Part shown: positions 1 to 8,476 of the stretch, piece after piece
How positions within the stretch are numbered: position 1 is the stretch's first letter
Layout of the letters: every line of letters starts with the position of its first letter
Source: Desulfocapsa sulfexigens DSM 10523
GTDB taxonomy: Bacteria; Desulfobacterota; Desulfobulbia; Desulfobulbales; Desulfocapsaceae
Direction: 5' to 3'
NCBI RefSeq assembly: GCF_000341395.1
Contig: NC_020304.1
Coordinates: 2,730,001 to 2,762,000 of the forward strand
Length of the DNA: 32,000 bases
Program-made: the position numbers and the translations under genes
The notes under the pieces: generated by a model
What the model was told of the DNA's origin: nothing
The model's input: only the letters and a program-made list of their open reading frames with translations
Databases searched by the model: none

Positions 1-569
1 ATCTTCCCGCTCCTCAGGCAGAGATAGATGATGCTAATATTGAAGTACATAATCTTGGTTATTATGTGAAGTGGCATCCGCAGCATTGTTACTATTATTC
101 GGTTGAAAATGCTGGTTTTAAGGCATCTCCTGAAAGAACGCCCGGTACTTATAGTAAATACAATAGTATTGATGATCGTATGGATGATTTTCATTATTTC
201 ACAACCAGAATAAAATTTGGAATTGGACGTGCGACTTATGATGCTGCCCAGGAAATTCGTTCAGGTGACATAACCCGTGAAGAGGGCATCGCTCTAATTC
301 AAAGATATGATCATGAGTTTCCAGAACGGTTTGCGGAGGAAGTGTATCAATATCTTAGCATACCAGAGAAAGATTTTCCGACGGCTCATAAGATGTTTGA
401 ACAACCCATTATGGATCGTGAGTATTTTTTACAATTAGCAGATAATTTTCGATCACCTCATCTATGGGAGTATCATAATAATACTTGGAAGTTGAGAGTA
501 CCTATAGAAAACCAGCCCACTGATCAACAAGAAAATGCAATCCTGTGGAAAGGCAATATTGCTCAATAA
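1..569 (+). CDS. N-acetyl sugar amidotransferase (WbuX/WbpG/PseA-like PP-loop family), C-terminal portion; 5' end lies outside the window
   Basis: The frame is open from nt 3 (LPAPQAEIDDANIEVHNLGYYVKWHPQ...) to TAA 567-569, so the tracked start at 66 is an internal GTG. Sequence character (GYYVKWHPQ, FTTRIKFGIGRATYDAAQEIRSGDITREEG, FPERF) fits this family. It sits directly upstream of a HisF-like/HisH-like pair, the classic wbuX-wbuZ-wbuY type arrangement. Confidence 0.75.
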   Translation, partial: LPAPQAEIDDANIEVHNLGYYVKWHPQHCYYYSVENAGFKASPERTPGTYSKYNSIDDRMDDFHYFTTRIKFGIGRATYDAAQEIRSGDITREEGIALIQRYDHEFPERFAEEVYQYLSIPEKDFPTAHKMFEQPIMDREYFLQLADNFRSPHLWEYHNNTWKLRVPIENQPTDQQENAILWKGNIAQ

Positions 570-586
570 ATATTTCTCCAAATAAA

Positions 587-1353
587 ATGAAGAATAAAAG
601 ACTTATAGCCAGGATGGATATTAAAGGTCCTAACCTGATTAAAGGCATACAGTTGGAGGGACTAAGAGTTGTTGGTGATCCCAGGGAAGCAGCAATTGAG
701 TATTATAAGAGTGGTATTGATGAAATAATATTTATTGATGCAGTTGCCAGTTTGTTTAAAAGAAATAATTTAGTCGAGATAGTCAAGCGAGTCTCAAACG
801 ATGTGTTTATTCCTTTATCTGTTGGTGGTGGAATTCGGTCAGTTGAAGATGTGAAAACTCTACTTCATTCCGGGGCTGATAAAGTTGCAGTTAATACTGC
901 TGCGCATAGTGATCCACAATTGTTGAGACAAATTGCCAATACCTTTGGGTCTCAATGCCTTGTATTATCAGTTGAGGCCAAAAAAAAAAAGGTGGTGGAT
1001 GGGAAGCTTATACCGATAACGGTCGAGAACATACCGGGAAAGATGTTATTGAATGGGTGAAAAATGGTATTGAGTGTGGTGTGGGTGAAATACTAATAAC
1101 ATCTGTTGATCAAGACGGCACGATGAATGGTTTTGATATTGAGTTGATCGATAAAGTCACCTCTGTTGTAAATGTTCCCGTTATAGCCAGCGGAGGAATG
1201 GGCTCCATTCCTGATTTCTTAGATGCTGTATTAGAAGGTCATGCGGATGCTGTTGCAATGGCGAGTATCCTTCATTATAAACGGATTGCAATTCAGGATA
1301 TCAGGGATGAAGCTCTTAGGCAAAATATTATGGTGAGGACGTATGAGAACTAG
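587..1353 (+). pseudogene. hisF: HisF-like cyclase subunit (WbuZ / AglZ-HisF2 type acetamidino-modification protein), frame broken inside an A11 tract
   Basis: Two tracked ORFs (545..1060 and 1057..1353) together make one ~255-aa HisF-like protein. The N-part reads MKNKRLIARMDIKGPNLIKGIQLEGLRVVGDP...SVGGGIRSVEDV...GADKVAVNTAA. The C-part, in the other frame, reads GGGWEAYTDNGREHTGKDVIEWVKNGIECGVGEILITSVDQDGT...IASGGMG. The second frame only opens after TGA 973-975, so the shift must lie within 976-990. The likely start is ATG 587. Confidence 0.85.
980..990 (+). repeat. A11 homopolymer at the frameshift point of the HisF-like gene
   Basis: Direct count: a at 980 plus aaaaaaaaaa at 981-990. 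A9 or A12 would restore a single reading frame. Confidence 0.95.
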
Positions 1354-1990
1354 TGTTGCCATTATTGATGTTGGTATCAATAATCTCTTAAGTGTTACTT
1401 CTGCTTTTGAGTTCTGTGGTGCCAAGGTCTCATTAGTTAAGAATGAAAATGATTTGCTGCAAGCCGAGCGTCTCGTTCTTCCAGGTGTTGGCGCCTTTAA
1501 GGATGGCATGAAGAAATTAGAAGGAGAACAATTAATCAGTGGAATCAAGAAAATTTCTGAGGAAGGTAAGCCTTTGCTTGGTATTTGCCTTGGAATGCAG
1601 ATGCTGTTTGATAGTAGTCTTGAGTTTGGGTTGTCACCTGGATTAGGCTTGATCCCAGGAAAAGTTGTTCCTATCCCTCCAAAAGACAAAAGTGAGAACA
1701 ATATCAGGATTCCACATATCGGCTGGAGTAGCTTGTATCCTTGTGGAGACGCTGGCATGTGGGAAGAGACAGTATTTAAGAAAGTGAAAGTAGGCTCATT
1801 TGTATACTTCGTCCACTCCTTTATGGCCGTTCCAGAGCAAGGGAAACATATTCTTGCTGAGACACAGTATTGTGGGCACAGAATTGTCGCCGCAGTTAAA
1901 AAAGATAATATCTTCGGTTGCCAATTCCATCCAGAGAAAAGTGGTGAGGTAGGATTAAGCATAATTGATGCTTTTTTACAAGAAACTTGA
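1343..1990 (+). CDS. hisH: HisH-like glutamine amidotransferase subunit (WbuY type)
   Basis: Class-I GATase motifs are present: LVLPGVGAF, GKPLLGICLGMQML (catalytic Cys), HIGWSS, YFVHSF and FGCQFHPEKSG (His/Glu). The ATG overlaps the 3' end of the HisF-like gene by 11 nt. Confidence 0.9.
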   Translation: MRTSVAIIDVGINNLLSVTSAFEFCGAKVSLVKNENDLLQAERLVLPGVGAFKDGMKKLEGEQLISGIKKISEEGKPLLGICLGMQMLFDSSLEFGLSPGLGLIPGKVVPIPPKDKSENNIRIPHIGWSSLYPCGDAGMWEETVFKKVKVGSFVYFVHSFMAVPEQGKHILAETQYCGHRIVAAVKKDNIFGCQFHPEKSGEVGLSIIDAFLQET

Positions 1991-2099
1991 GGAAAGAGAA
2001 CCAGTAATGGTCTTGAAAGAAGCATGGGGCGTTATCTGAAAATAGTAGTTCCTTGGCAGTATGTGTTTTTATTCTGATTAGTTTTAGGAGGATTTGTTA

Positions 2100-3329
2100 G
2101 TGAGTTCAAAATGGTTAAGCTGGGAAGAAGTTAATACAATGTTAAGGAACAAAGAATTAGTCTTTTATGGTCGTTCAGATGACTGGATCCCTAAGGCATT
2201 AAAGAAAATGCTAAAACGCCCTGAGGTCATTATTGATAGCAACCCCGACTTTTCAGGAACCTTGTATGAAGATATTCCTGTTGAGAGTAAGGAATACTTA
2301 CTTGAACAAATTCGTCAAAAAAATATTTTTGTTGTAATTACAACTGCTAATTATCATGGTGTAGAAGCCTTTCTTGCTGATAACGGTATGGTTGCTGGAG
2401 TAGACTTCGCCTGTTGTCCCGAATATCGAAGTTTTTCATTGCGTGAGGAAATTATTAACTATAAGCAAGAAGTTATTGTTTGTTCATCTGATTATAATGA
2501 CCAATCAAAAGCACGATCCAGTGTAACTGGTGGGGGGGTTTTTAAGTACTATATTGGCCCAAATGAATTAGAAAGGATGGCTGAGGGTAGTTTTAGACAA
2601 ATAACCCAAGCAAAAGATTTGTTTTACGCTGTTGATCACGTGGATAGGAGAGTCTGTGTTTTTGATAGGGATTTTAAATTACTTGAAACATTTTATTCGG
2701 AATCACCGAAAAATTGTGGAATTACCTATAACGAAAAAAGAAATCTTATTATTATTTCCAATCCTGAATATGATACGATTTCTATTTATGATGCATCTAA
2801 TTTTGAAAAAATAGAATGTATTCCATATTCGACTCGAATGGAGGGGAACCTCACAAGTCAGCATCATATTAATGATATTTGTTCAACTGATGACCATTTA
2901 TACATTTCTTATTTCAGTCACTCTGGAAATTGGAAGAAAGGAGCATATGATGGAGGAATTAGTGAGATAGGCCTTGAGAATTTAACTGCCCCTCCAGTTC
3001 AAGTCGTAAGTAATCTATGGCAACCCCATAGTCCAGAAATCATCAATGGCGAGTTATGCTATCTAGATTCAATGCGTGGGCGTTTACACCTGACAACGCA
3101 TATTATAGCAGGTGAATTTCCCGGTTTTACAAGGGGATTGGCATATGACGGTAGGTTTTATTATATTGGCCAAACAGAAAATATGTATATCAGTCGACTT
3201 ATAGGGGAAAGAAAAAACATAATGCTTAATGCTGGATTCTATTTGTTTGATGTTACCACCAAAGCTAGCAGGTTTTTCCCAATGTTTGGCAATATGAACG
3301 TTCATGATTTACTAATTGAGATAGATTGA
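2100..3329 (+). CDS. Hypothetical protein: short Rossmann-like N-terminal region plus a long repeat-rich (possibly beta-propeller-like) C-terminal region
   Basis: Long ORF on the operon strand. AGGAGG at 2086-2091 lies 8 nt before GTG 2100; the tracked TTG 2094 is too close to the RBS. The N-terminus (KELVFYGRSDDW...VIIDSNPDFSG...IPV...IFVVITTANY) resembles NeuD/PglD-type N-domains. I do not recognise a family for the C-terminal part. Confidence 0.6.
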   Translation: MSSKWLSWEEVNTMLRNKELVFYGRSDDWIPKALKKMLKRPEVIIDSNPDFSGTLYEDIPVESKEYLLEQIRQKNIFVVITTANYHGVEAFLADNGMVAGVDFACCPEYRSFSLREEIINYKQEVIVCSSDYNDQSKARSSVTGGGVFKYYIGPNELERMAEGSFRQITQAKDLFYAVDHVDRRVCVFDRDFKLLETFYSESPKNCGITYNEKRNLIIISNPEYDTISIYDASNFEKIECIPYSTRMEGNLTSQHHINDICSTDDHLYISYFSHSGNWKKGAYDGGISEIGLENLTAPPVQVVSNLWQPHSPEIINGELCYLDSMRGRLHLTTHIIAGEFPGFTRGLAYDGRFYYIGQTENMYISRLIGERKNIMLNAGFYLFDVTTKASRFFPMFGNMNVHDLLIEID

Positions 3330-3417
3330 TTGAATTGCTTTGGTTAAGTTCGCTCCACTGAATCACATTGAGTGATGTAATATTTAGCTAACTGCAATTG
3401 GAGACAAGTGAATTTTT

Positions 3418-4728
3418 ATGAGCAAAGATAAATCAAGTAGTAAAATAATTTCATTTTTTAATGAAAAGAAGCTATTTGTTATTCAGAAGTGTTTTTGCTT
3501 CACCGTTGATTATGGATTTCCTCGTGCTTCAGCAATAATTTTAGCTTTGCTTACAAAAAATATTAATGTCAAAAAAGGTGCAAAAAGAATTTTTTGTATC
3601 GGAAGTCTTGCTTCTTTATATGATATCAATGCTCTAATAAAAAAAAGTCACTCACATCAATATTTATATCTGCCACGATTTAATTTTGGGTATATTTTAA
3701 GGAAGTTTGTAGATGTTTCTGATCTTAATGCCGATAATTATTATGTGGATAAGAAGTATGTGGATGGACGGGAAAAGGCTTACAATTATATTTCCTTAAT
3801 GCTTCCTGTGTTAAGGGGAATTCTTAAATTTGATTGTTTAATGACAAGTAATTTTGGATATGTAGAGCAACAGGAATTTGTGCGGATCACAAGAGAATTG
3901 GGGATTCCTGTCGTCATATTATATAAAGAAGGTTTGGTGAATCCTAGATTCGTTGATAAAATTTCAAGGCGCTACAGTACTCGTAAAACGCAATGCGATT
4001 TGTTTTTATGCTATAATGAAACTATTAAAGAAGCCCTAATTAAAAGTAATGTCGATGGGTTAACGGATGAGAATGTTCGTGCAACTGGGGTACCGAGACT
4101 TGATTTTTATTCAAATGAGAAAACTTCAGAAGCATTAAATCAGATAACCCTTTTTTCTTTTAAAGCTGAGGATAAATTTAGCAATATTGTTGAAGATGAA
4201 AAAACAATGGCGCAACTTAGGAAAACAATCGAAGATTTCCATATGTATGTGATTCAATATGCTTGTGAACATCCAGACAGTAAAGTTGTAATTAAGACAA
4301 AATTATCAAAGCGCAACCTGAACTTCGTGAATGAAATAGTACGGAAGTATACAGGAAAATGTGCCCCCCCTGCTAATCTAATTGTTACCGACACAGGAGA
4401 TGCATTTGCTTATATCGTTGAATCAAGTTGCGTTTTAGGTTGTAACTCTACGGTATTACTGGAAGCGCTTCTTGCAGGGAAAACAGTTGTGTCTCCAGAT
4501 TTCAGGTTTTTTTTCAGTCACCCTTCATGGAGTCTTTTTGAAGGCTATGAACAGTTATTAACATATGTCGCTTCATATAGTGATTTTGTGCAACTAGTTG
4601 GTAAATCAAGACAATATACACAAGATGAAGAAAAGGCGTTGAGTGATTTATTCAAGCAATATATTTATAGTGCAGATGGAAAGTCTTCAATACGTGTAGA
4701 AGAAAGTATTTCACAACTCCTACAGTGA
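3418..4728 (+). CDS. Hypothetical protein, possibly a GT-B-like (capsule-synthesis/KpsS-like or glycerophosphotransferase-like) transferase
   Basis: 436-aa ORF on the operon strand. The C-terminal stretch AFAYIVESSCVLGCNSTVLLEALLAGKTVVSPDF resembles the nucleotide-sugar binding half of GT-B-type capsule enzymes. The assignment is weak. Confidence 0.5.
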   Translation: MSKDKSSSKIISFFNEKKLFVIQKCFCFTVDYGFPRASAIILALLTKNINVKKGAKRIFCIGSLASLYDINALIKKSHSHQYLYLPRFNFGYILRKFVDVSDLNADNYYVDKKYVDGREKAYNYISLMLPVLRGILKFDCLMTSNFGYVEQQEFVRITRELGIPVVILYKEGLVNPRFVDKISRRYSTRKTQCDLFLCYNETIKEALIKSNVDGLTDENVRATGVPRLDFYSNEKTSEALNQITLFSFKAEDKFSNIVEDEKTMAQLRKTIEDFHMYVIQYACEHPDSKVVIKTKLSKRNLNFVNEIVRKYTGKCAPPANLIVTDTGDAFAYIVESSCVLGCNSTVLLEALLAGKTVVSPDFRFFFSHPSWSLFEGYEQLLTYVASYSDFVQLVGKSRQYTQDEEKALSDLFKQYIYSADGKSSIRVEESISQLLQ

Positions 4729-4745
4729 AACAGTTTTAAAAAGTT

Positions 4746-4754
4746 AAACCAAAT
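4746..4754. repeat. Target-site duplication, left copy (aaaccaaat)
   Basis: Identical to 6006-6014 and directly abuts the left IR. Confidence 0.8.
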
Positions 4755-6005
4755 CAGTGCTGTCTCATAGTTTTCCCCACAGTAAAAGCTGTGGAGAAAC
4801 AGGTTGTTGTTTGTCTGGCGGCCTAAAAAGATCTGCCAAGGCACGCCGTTGAAACAGGTTCAGTTGTAAAACTCTGAGTATTTGCTGCATGGAGGCACCC
4901 AATTTAGCTTTAAAATTAAGATATGCAACCAGCAGATAAACACACAAAGCTATCCAGACTTGGGTGAGGACTGCGTTTTTTGATGTACCCAGAAATGTCT
5001 TGATTTTGAGGTTTTGCTTGATCCATTTGAAAAATTGTTCGATCTGCCATCGCTCTTTATAGATTGCCGCTATCTCTGCAGCTTTTAGATGGTGAGCATT
5101 AGTAACAAAACGGTATTCCTGGCCAGTTTCCAGATCTGTGTATGCAACAAGACGAAGTGGATCTTTAATATTTTTGAGTTTTATTGGCTGGTCATTGGTT
5201 ACGCCAGGACTTTTGCGACCAGCCCGTTTGAAAAGATATTCAGCATCAGCATTGCTTTTCAAACGGGTCACAAAGAAAATTCCGTCTTTCATGAGGGAGG
5301 AGTACCAGCCATAATCTGTAAAACCCCTATCAAAAACAGCAAATGATCCTTTGGGTAGCTTCAGTGTTTCTTTTGCCCAGTTGATTTCATGGACTTTACC
5401 ATCGGTCATGTCCATAAAAGTAGGAAGGTAACCGTCAGCATCTATACCCATGTGCAGTTTGACAGCGTCTTTTCTTTTACGGAATTCAGCCCATGGAAAT
5501 ACTGCTAAGCAAAGATCAATAGTTGTTGTATCAAGTAGGTACAGCTTGTTTTTAAAAGAGAATTTGTGGCCGGGTGTCACCAGTTGACACTTTTTCAACA
5601 GATCAGAAAACACAGTTTCGTAAAGAGATGCTGGCTGTTTTTTATTTACTCTTGCCAGTGTCGCCTTTGAAGTTGGTTTCATGCCGAGGTGATATAAACG
5701 TTTTTTTTGCGCCTTCAAATTATCAGTAATATCACGAAGGCTTTTTCTACTGGAAAGTTGTCCTATCAGCATTGCCATAAACTGGCTCCAGCGGTTATAG
5801 GATCTGAATTTTTGGCCCGAATGATGAGGTTTGGCATGATCATCAAAAACATGTCTGTTAATAAGTGAAGTAATTTGACTAAGGATTGTGTTATAATGCG
5901 CCATGGCTCGGATCTCCTTGTGTTAAATGGCTTTTTGGTCGAAATCATTATAACATAAAGAGCTCTCCGAGCCTCTTTTTATTGTTCAACTATGAGACAG
6001 CACTG
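4755..6005 (-). mobile_element. Complete IS4-family insertion sequence (1251 bp)
   Basis: Perfect 18-bp terminal inverted repeats (cagtgctgtctcatagtt at 4755-4772; aactatgagacagcactg at 5988-6005) enclose one DDE transposase ORF. The element is flanked by the identical 9-mer aaaccaaat at 4746-4754 and 6006-6014. Confidence 0.9.
4765..5904 (-). CDS. IS4-family DDE transposase (DUF4372-type N-terminus)
   Basis: 379 aa. The N-terminus (MAHYNTILSQITSLINRHVFD...FRSYNRWSQFMAMLIGQLSSRKSLRDI) is typical of DUF4372/IS4 transposases. The DDE_Tnp_1-like core includes LLDTTTIDL, FDRGFTDYGW and YKERWQIEQFFKWIKQ. Confidence 0.9.
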   Translation of the reverse strand: MAHYNTILSQITSLINRHVFDDHAKPHHSGQKFRSYNRWSQFMAMLIGQLSSRKSLRDITDNLKAQKKRLYHLGMKPTSKATLARVNKKQPASLYETVFSDLLKKCQLVTPGHKFSFKNKLYLLDTTTIDLCLAVFPWAEFRKRKDAVKLHMGIDADGYLPTFMDMTDGKVHEINWAKETLKLPKGSFAVFDRGFTDYGWYSSLMKDGIFFVTRLKSNADAEYLFKRAGRKSPGVTNDQPIKLKNIKDPLRLVAYTDLETGQEYRFVTNAHHLKAAEIAAIYKERWQIEQFFKWIKQNLKIKTFLGTSKNAVLTQVWIALCVYLLVAYLNFKAKLGASMQQILRVLQLNLFQRRALADLFRPPDKQQPVSPQLLLWGKL

Positions 6006-6014
6006 AAACCAAAT
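6006..6014. repeat. Target-site duplication, right copy (aaaccaaat)
   Basis: Identical to 4746-4754 and directly abuts the right IR. Confidence 0.8.
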
Positions 6015-6101
6015 AACTTGTTGTGTAGTATTTTACATTGAACAAGAAAATCCTTTAATTCATTTTTAAATCCCAAATTTCTCTGCGTTTGCCTGCACCA
6101 T

Positions 6102-7256
6102 ATGAAAGTATTGTATTTTTCTAAGACAAGCATTCCTTCGCGTACAGCAAACTCACTTCATGTGATGAAGATGTGTCAGGCTTTTTCTAAAAATGGTCAT
6201 GATGTCTGGTTTTGTGCATTAAGTGAAATTATTCAGAAGCAATTGCCTACCAAAGAAATATTTCGCTTTTATGGGGTTAAAGAATGTTTCCATATTTTAC
6301 GAATTCCAGTCTTTCGTGATAAAGGCAAAAAAAATCGATTCCTTTGGTCTCATTTTTTCATCATTCCTTACCTGTTAAATGTATTAAGAAAAGTCAAACC
6401 AGATATAGTATATGGGCGTGATATTTTTAGTTGCTATATCGCCGCCTGCTTTGGGTATCCTGTCGTTGCTGAATCGCATTTTCCGTTATGGTATGGAAAA
6501 ATAGCATCCTTTGCTTTTGAACGCCTGCATAAACACAAAAATTTCAAGAGACTGGTTGTCATTTCTGAGGCTCTGAAAAAGGAGTATTTGCTTCATTATT
6601 CCGATCTTACCACTAGTCAAGTTGTTGTCGCACACGACGGTGCAGACCCCGTTGAGAGCAACCAATTATGCAAACAGGAAATAGGAACTTCTGGAACTTT
6701 AAAAGTTGGATATATGGGCCATCTTTATGAAGGTAAAGGTCTGGAAGTTATTGCAGCCATAGCATCTAAAATACCAGATATTGAATTTCATATTATCGGG
6801 GGACTCGATGATGATATCCAGAAGTGGAAAAAACGAATTGATGCTGACAACGTAACGTTTCACGGGTTTGTACAGCAAGGAACTCTTCCAGGGTATCTGA
6901 AGGCACTCGATATCTGTCTCTTGCCCAATCAGTATAAGGTGTTGGCCCATGGGGCTGACCGTTCCAGCAATATTAAAAATATTTCTCTATACACCTCTCC
7001 CCTGAAAATGTTTGAATATATGGCACATGGAAAAGCAATTGTTGCATCTGATTTGCCTGTACTTAGAGAAGTATTGAATGAAGATATCGCAATATTAGTA
7101 AAACCCGATGATTATCCAGGATGGATTGCGGCCATTAATCTTTTACGTGACGAAGTGCTCAGGAACAATCTGGGGAGGCGAGCAAAGAGCCTATTTTTGA
7201 AAGAGTACACCTGGGGAAGAAGGGCTGTCTCTGTACTGGATGGTTTGGAAAGATAG
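6102..7256 (+). CDS. Glycosyltransferase, GT4 family (GT-B fold)
   Basis: MKVLYFSKTSIPSRTANSLHVMKMCQAF at the N-terminus. The C-terminal half has YEGKGLEVIAAIASKIPDIEFHIIGG and TSPLKMFEYMAHGKAIVASDLPVLREV, a Glycos_transf_1-type EX7E region. Confidence 0.85.
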   Translation: MKVLYFSKTSIPSRTANSLHVMKMCQAFSKNGHDVWFCALSEIIQKQLPTKEIFRFYGVKECFHILRIPVFRDKGKKNRFLWSHFFIIPYLLNVLRKVKPDIVYGRDIFSCYIAACFGYPVVAESHFPLWYGKIASFAFERLHKHKNFKRLVVISEALKKEYLLHYSDLTTSQVVVAHDGADPVESNQLCKQEIGTSGTLKVGYMGHLYEGKGLEVIAAIASKIPDIEFHIIGGLDDDIQKWKKRIDADNVTFHGFVQQGTLPGYLKALDICLLPNQYKVLAHGADRSSNIKNISLYTSPLKMFEYMAHGKAIVASDLPVLREVLNEDIAILVKPDDYPGWIAAINLLRDEVLRNNLGRRAKSLFLKEYTWGRRAVSVLDGLER

Positions 7257-7366
7257 ATTCCAGCTTAAGAAATTATACTAAAACATGTACTCCCAGCCAT
7301 TATGCCAGTAAATTGTATTAAATGGATTCATTCAAGTTTCTGGTGGGTGAACGTGAGGCTTCGGGA

Positions 7367-8476
7367 ATGAATGGTAAAATATCAATTCTTTTTGTTCTTG
7401 GAGGCCTTGGTACCGGTGGTAAAGAAAGGCAATTGATAGAATTGATTCATGGCCTTCCCCGTGATCGGTTTGTTTGTCACCTCTTTGTGAAGAAGCACGA
7501 TGCTTCTTATCTTGAAAAGGTTAAGGAAGCTCTGGGTTCATTCTACTCTCTTGACCAAGAAAAGTTCCATGTTTTAGACTTTCTGACTCTAGGGAGGCAT
7601 ATTGATAAAATCCAACCAGATATCGTCTGCAGTTGGACCAATATCACAAGTCATTTCTGTCTATTGGCTCGTATCTTTACAAAACATCCCTATCGGATAG
7701 TTAACTGCTGTATACGGAATGCACCTATCCAATTGTCCGTAGTCCTTAAGTTAGAACGTTTGCTGTATTCATTGTATAGTTGTGTTGTTGCCAACTCACA
7801 GGCAGGGTTGATAGCCTATGGTCAAGAAGGGAAGAAGGGGCGGTATGTGTTGTATAACGGTTTTGACCTAAGCCGGGTGCCTGCATACTCTCAAAAGAGA
7901 GCCAGGGAAATACTAGGTTTTGAGGCGAATACATTTATTGTCGTCATGGTTGCTAGTCTCACCCTGTTGAAGGATCACAAGACACTTTTGAGAACAGCTC
8001 GCGAATTCCGGAACAAACCAGCCGATATTCAATTTCTCATTGTTGGTGACGGAAGAGAACGAAATGGTCTTGAAAAATGGACCCATGATAATGGAATTGA
8101 ATCCATGGTTTCTTTTTTAGGGAAGAGGGATGACGTCGAATTACTTTTCAGAGCTGCGGACATATCCGTTCTTACCTCCACCGCATGGTTTGGTGAAGGG
8201 ATATCCAACTCTATAATTGAATCCATGGCCTGTGGTACCCCGGTAATTGCAACTGATTCTCCAGGTACCAGAGAGGTGATCGTAAACAATGAAAATGGAT
8301 ATATAGTAAACTGTGGTGATTATAAGAGTGTCGCTGATAAGATTATCGAGTTACAAGGTCAGCCTCAGCTTGTACACGATATAGCTAAAAAGGCTCAGGA
8401 ACACATTGCTGAAAAATTCAGTATCAGGCAATTGATCGAAACTTTTGAGCATATTGTTGAGAGATGTTCCCGGTAA
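7367..8476 (+). CDS. Glycosyltransferase, GT4 family
   Basis: MNGKISILFVLGGLGTGGKERQ at the N-terminus. The C-terminal half has KDHKTLL, FLIVGDGRER and GEGISNSIIESMACGTPVIATDSPGTREVI (EX7E). The tracked start at 7322 is possible, but ATG 7367 gives the canonical N-terminus. Confidence 0.85.
   Translation: MNGKISILFVLGGLGTGGKERQLIELIHGLPRDRFVCHLFVKKHDASYLEKVKEALGSFYSLDQEKFHVLDFLTLGRHIDKIQPDIVCSWTNITSHFCLLARIFTKHPYRIVNCCIRNAPIQLSVVLKLERLLYSLYSCVVANSQAGLIAYGQEGKKGRYVLYNGFDLSRVPAYSQKRAREILGFEANTFIVVMVASLTLLKDHKTLLRTAREFRNKPADIQFLIVGDGRERNGLEKWTHDNGIESMVSFLGKRDDVELLFRAADISVLTSTAWFGEGISNSIIESMACGTPVIATDSPGTREVIVNNENGYIVNCGDYKSVADKIIELQGQPQLVHDIAKKAQEHIAEKFSIRQLIETFEHIVERCSR

Noticed and set aside
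1231-2025. 264-aa minus-strand ORF
   Set aside because: It lies entirely antisense to the HisH-like gene (and the end of the HisF-like gene), which have unmistakable family motifs. Its Ser/Pro/Leu-rich composition is typical of an antisense artefact.
2632-2814. 60-aa + strand ORF, and similar short nested ORFs listed in the track (for example 5089-5346, 6699-6950, 7746-7934, 8029-8289, 8598-8942)
   Set aside because: Each is nested out of frame or antisense within a longer gene that has family motifs.
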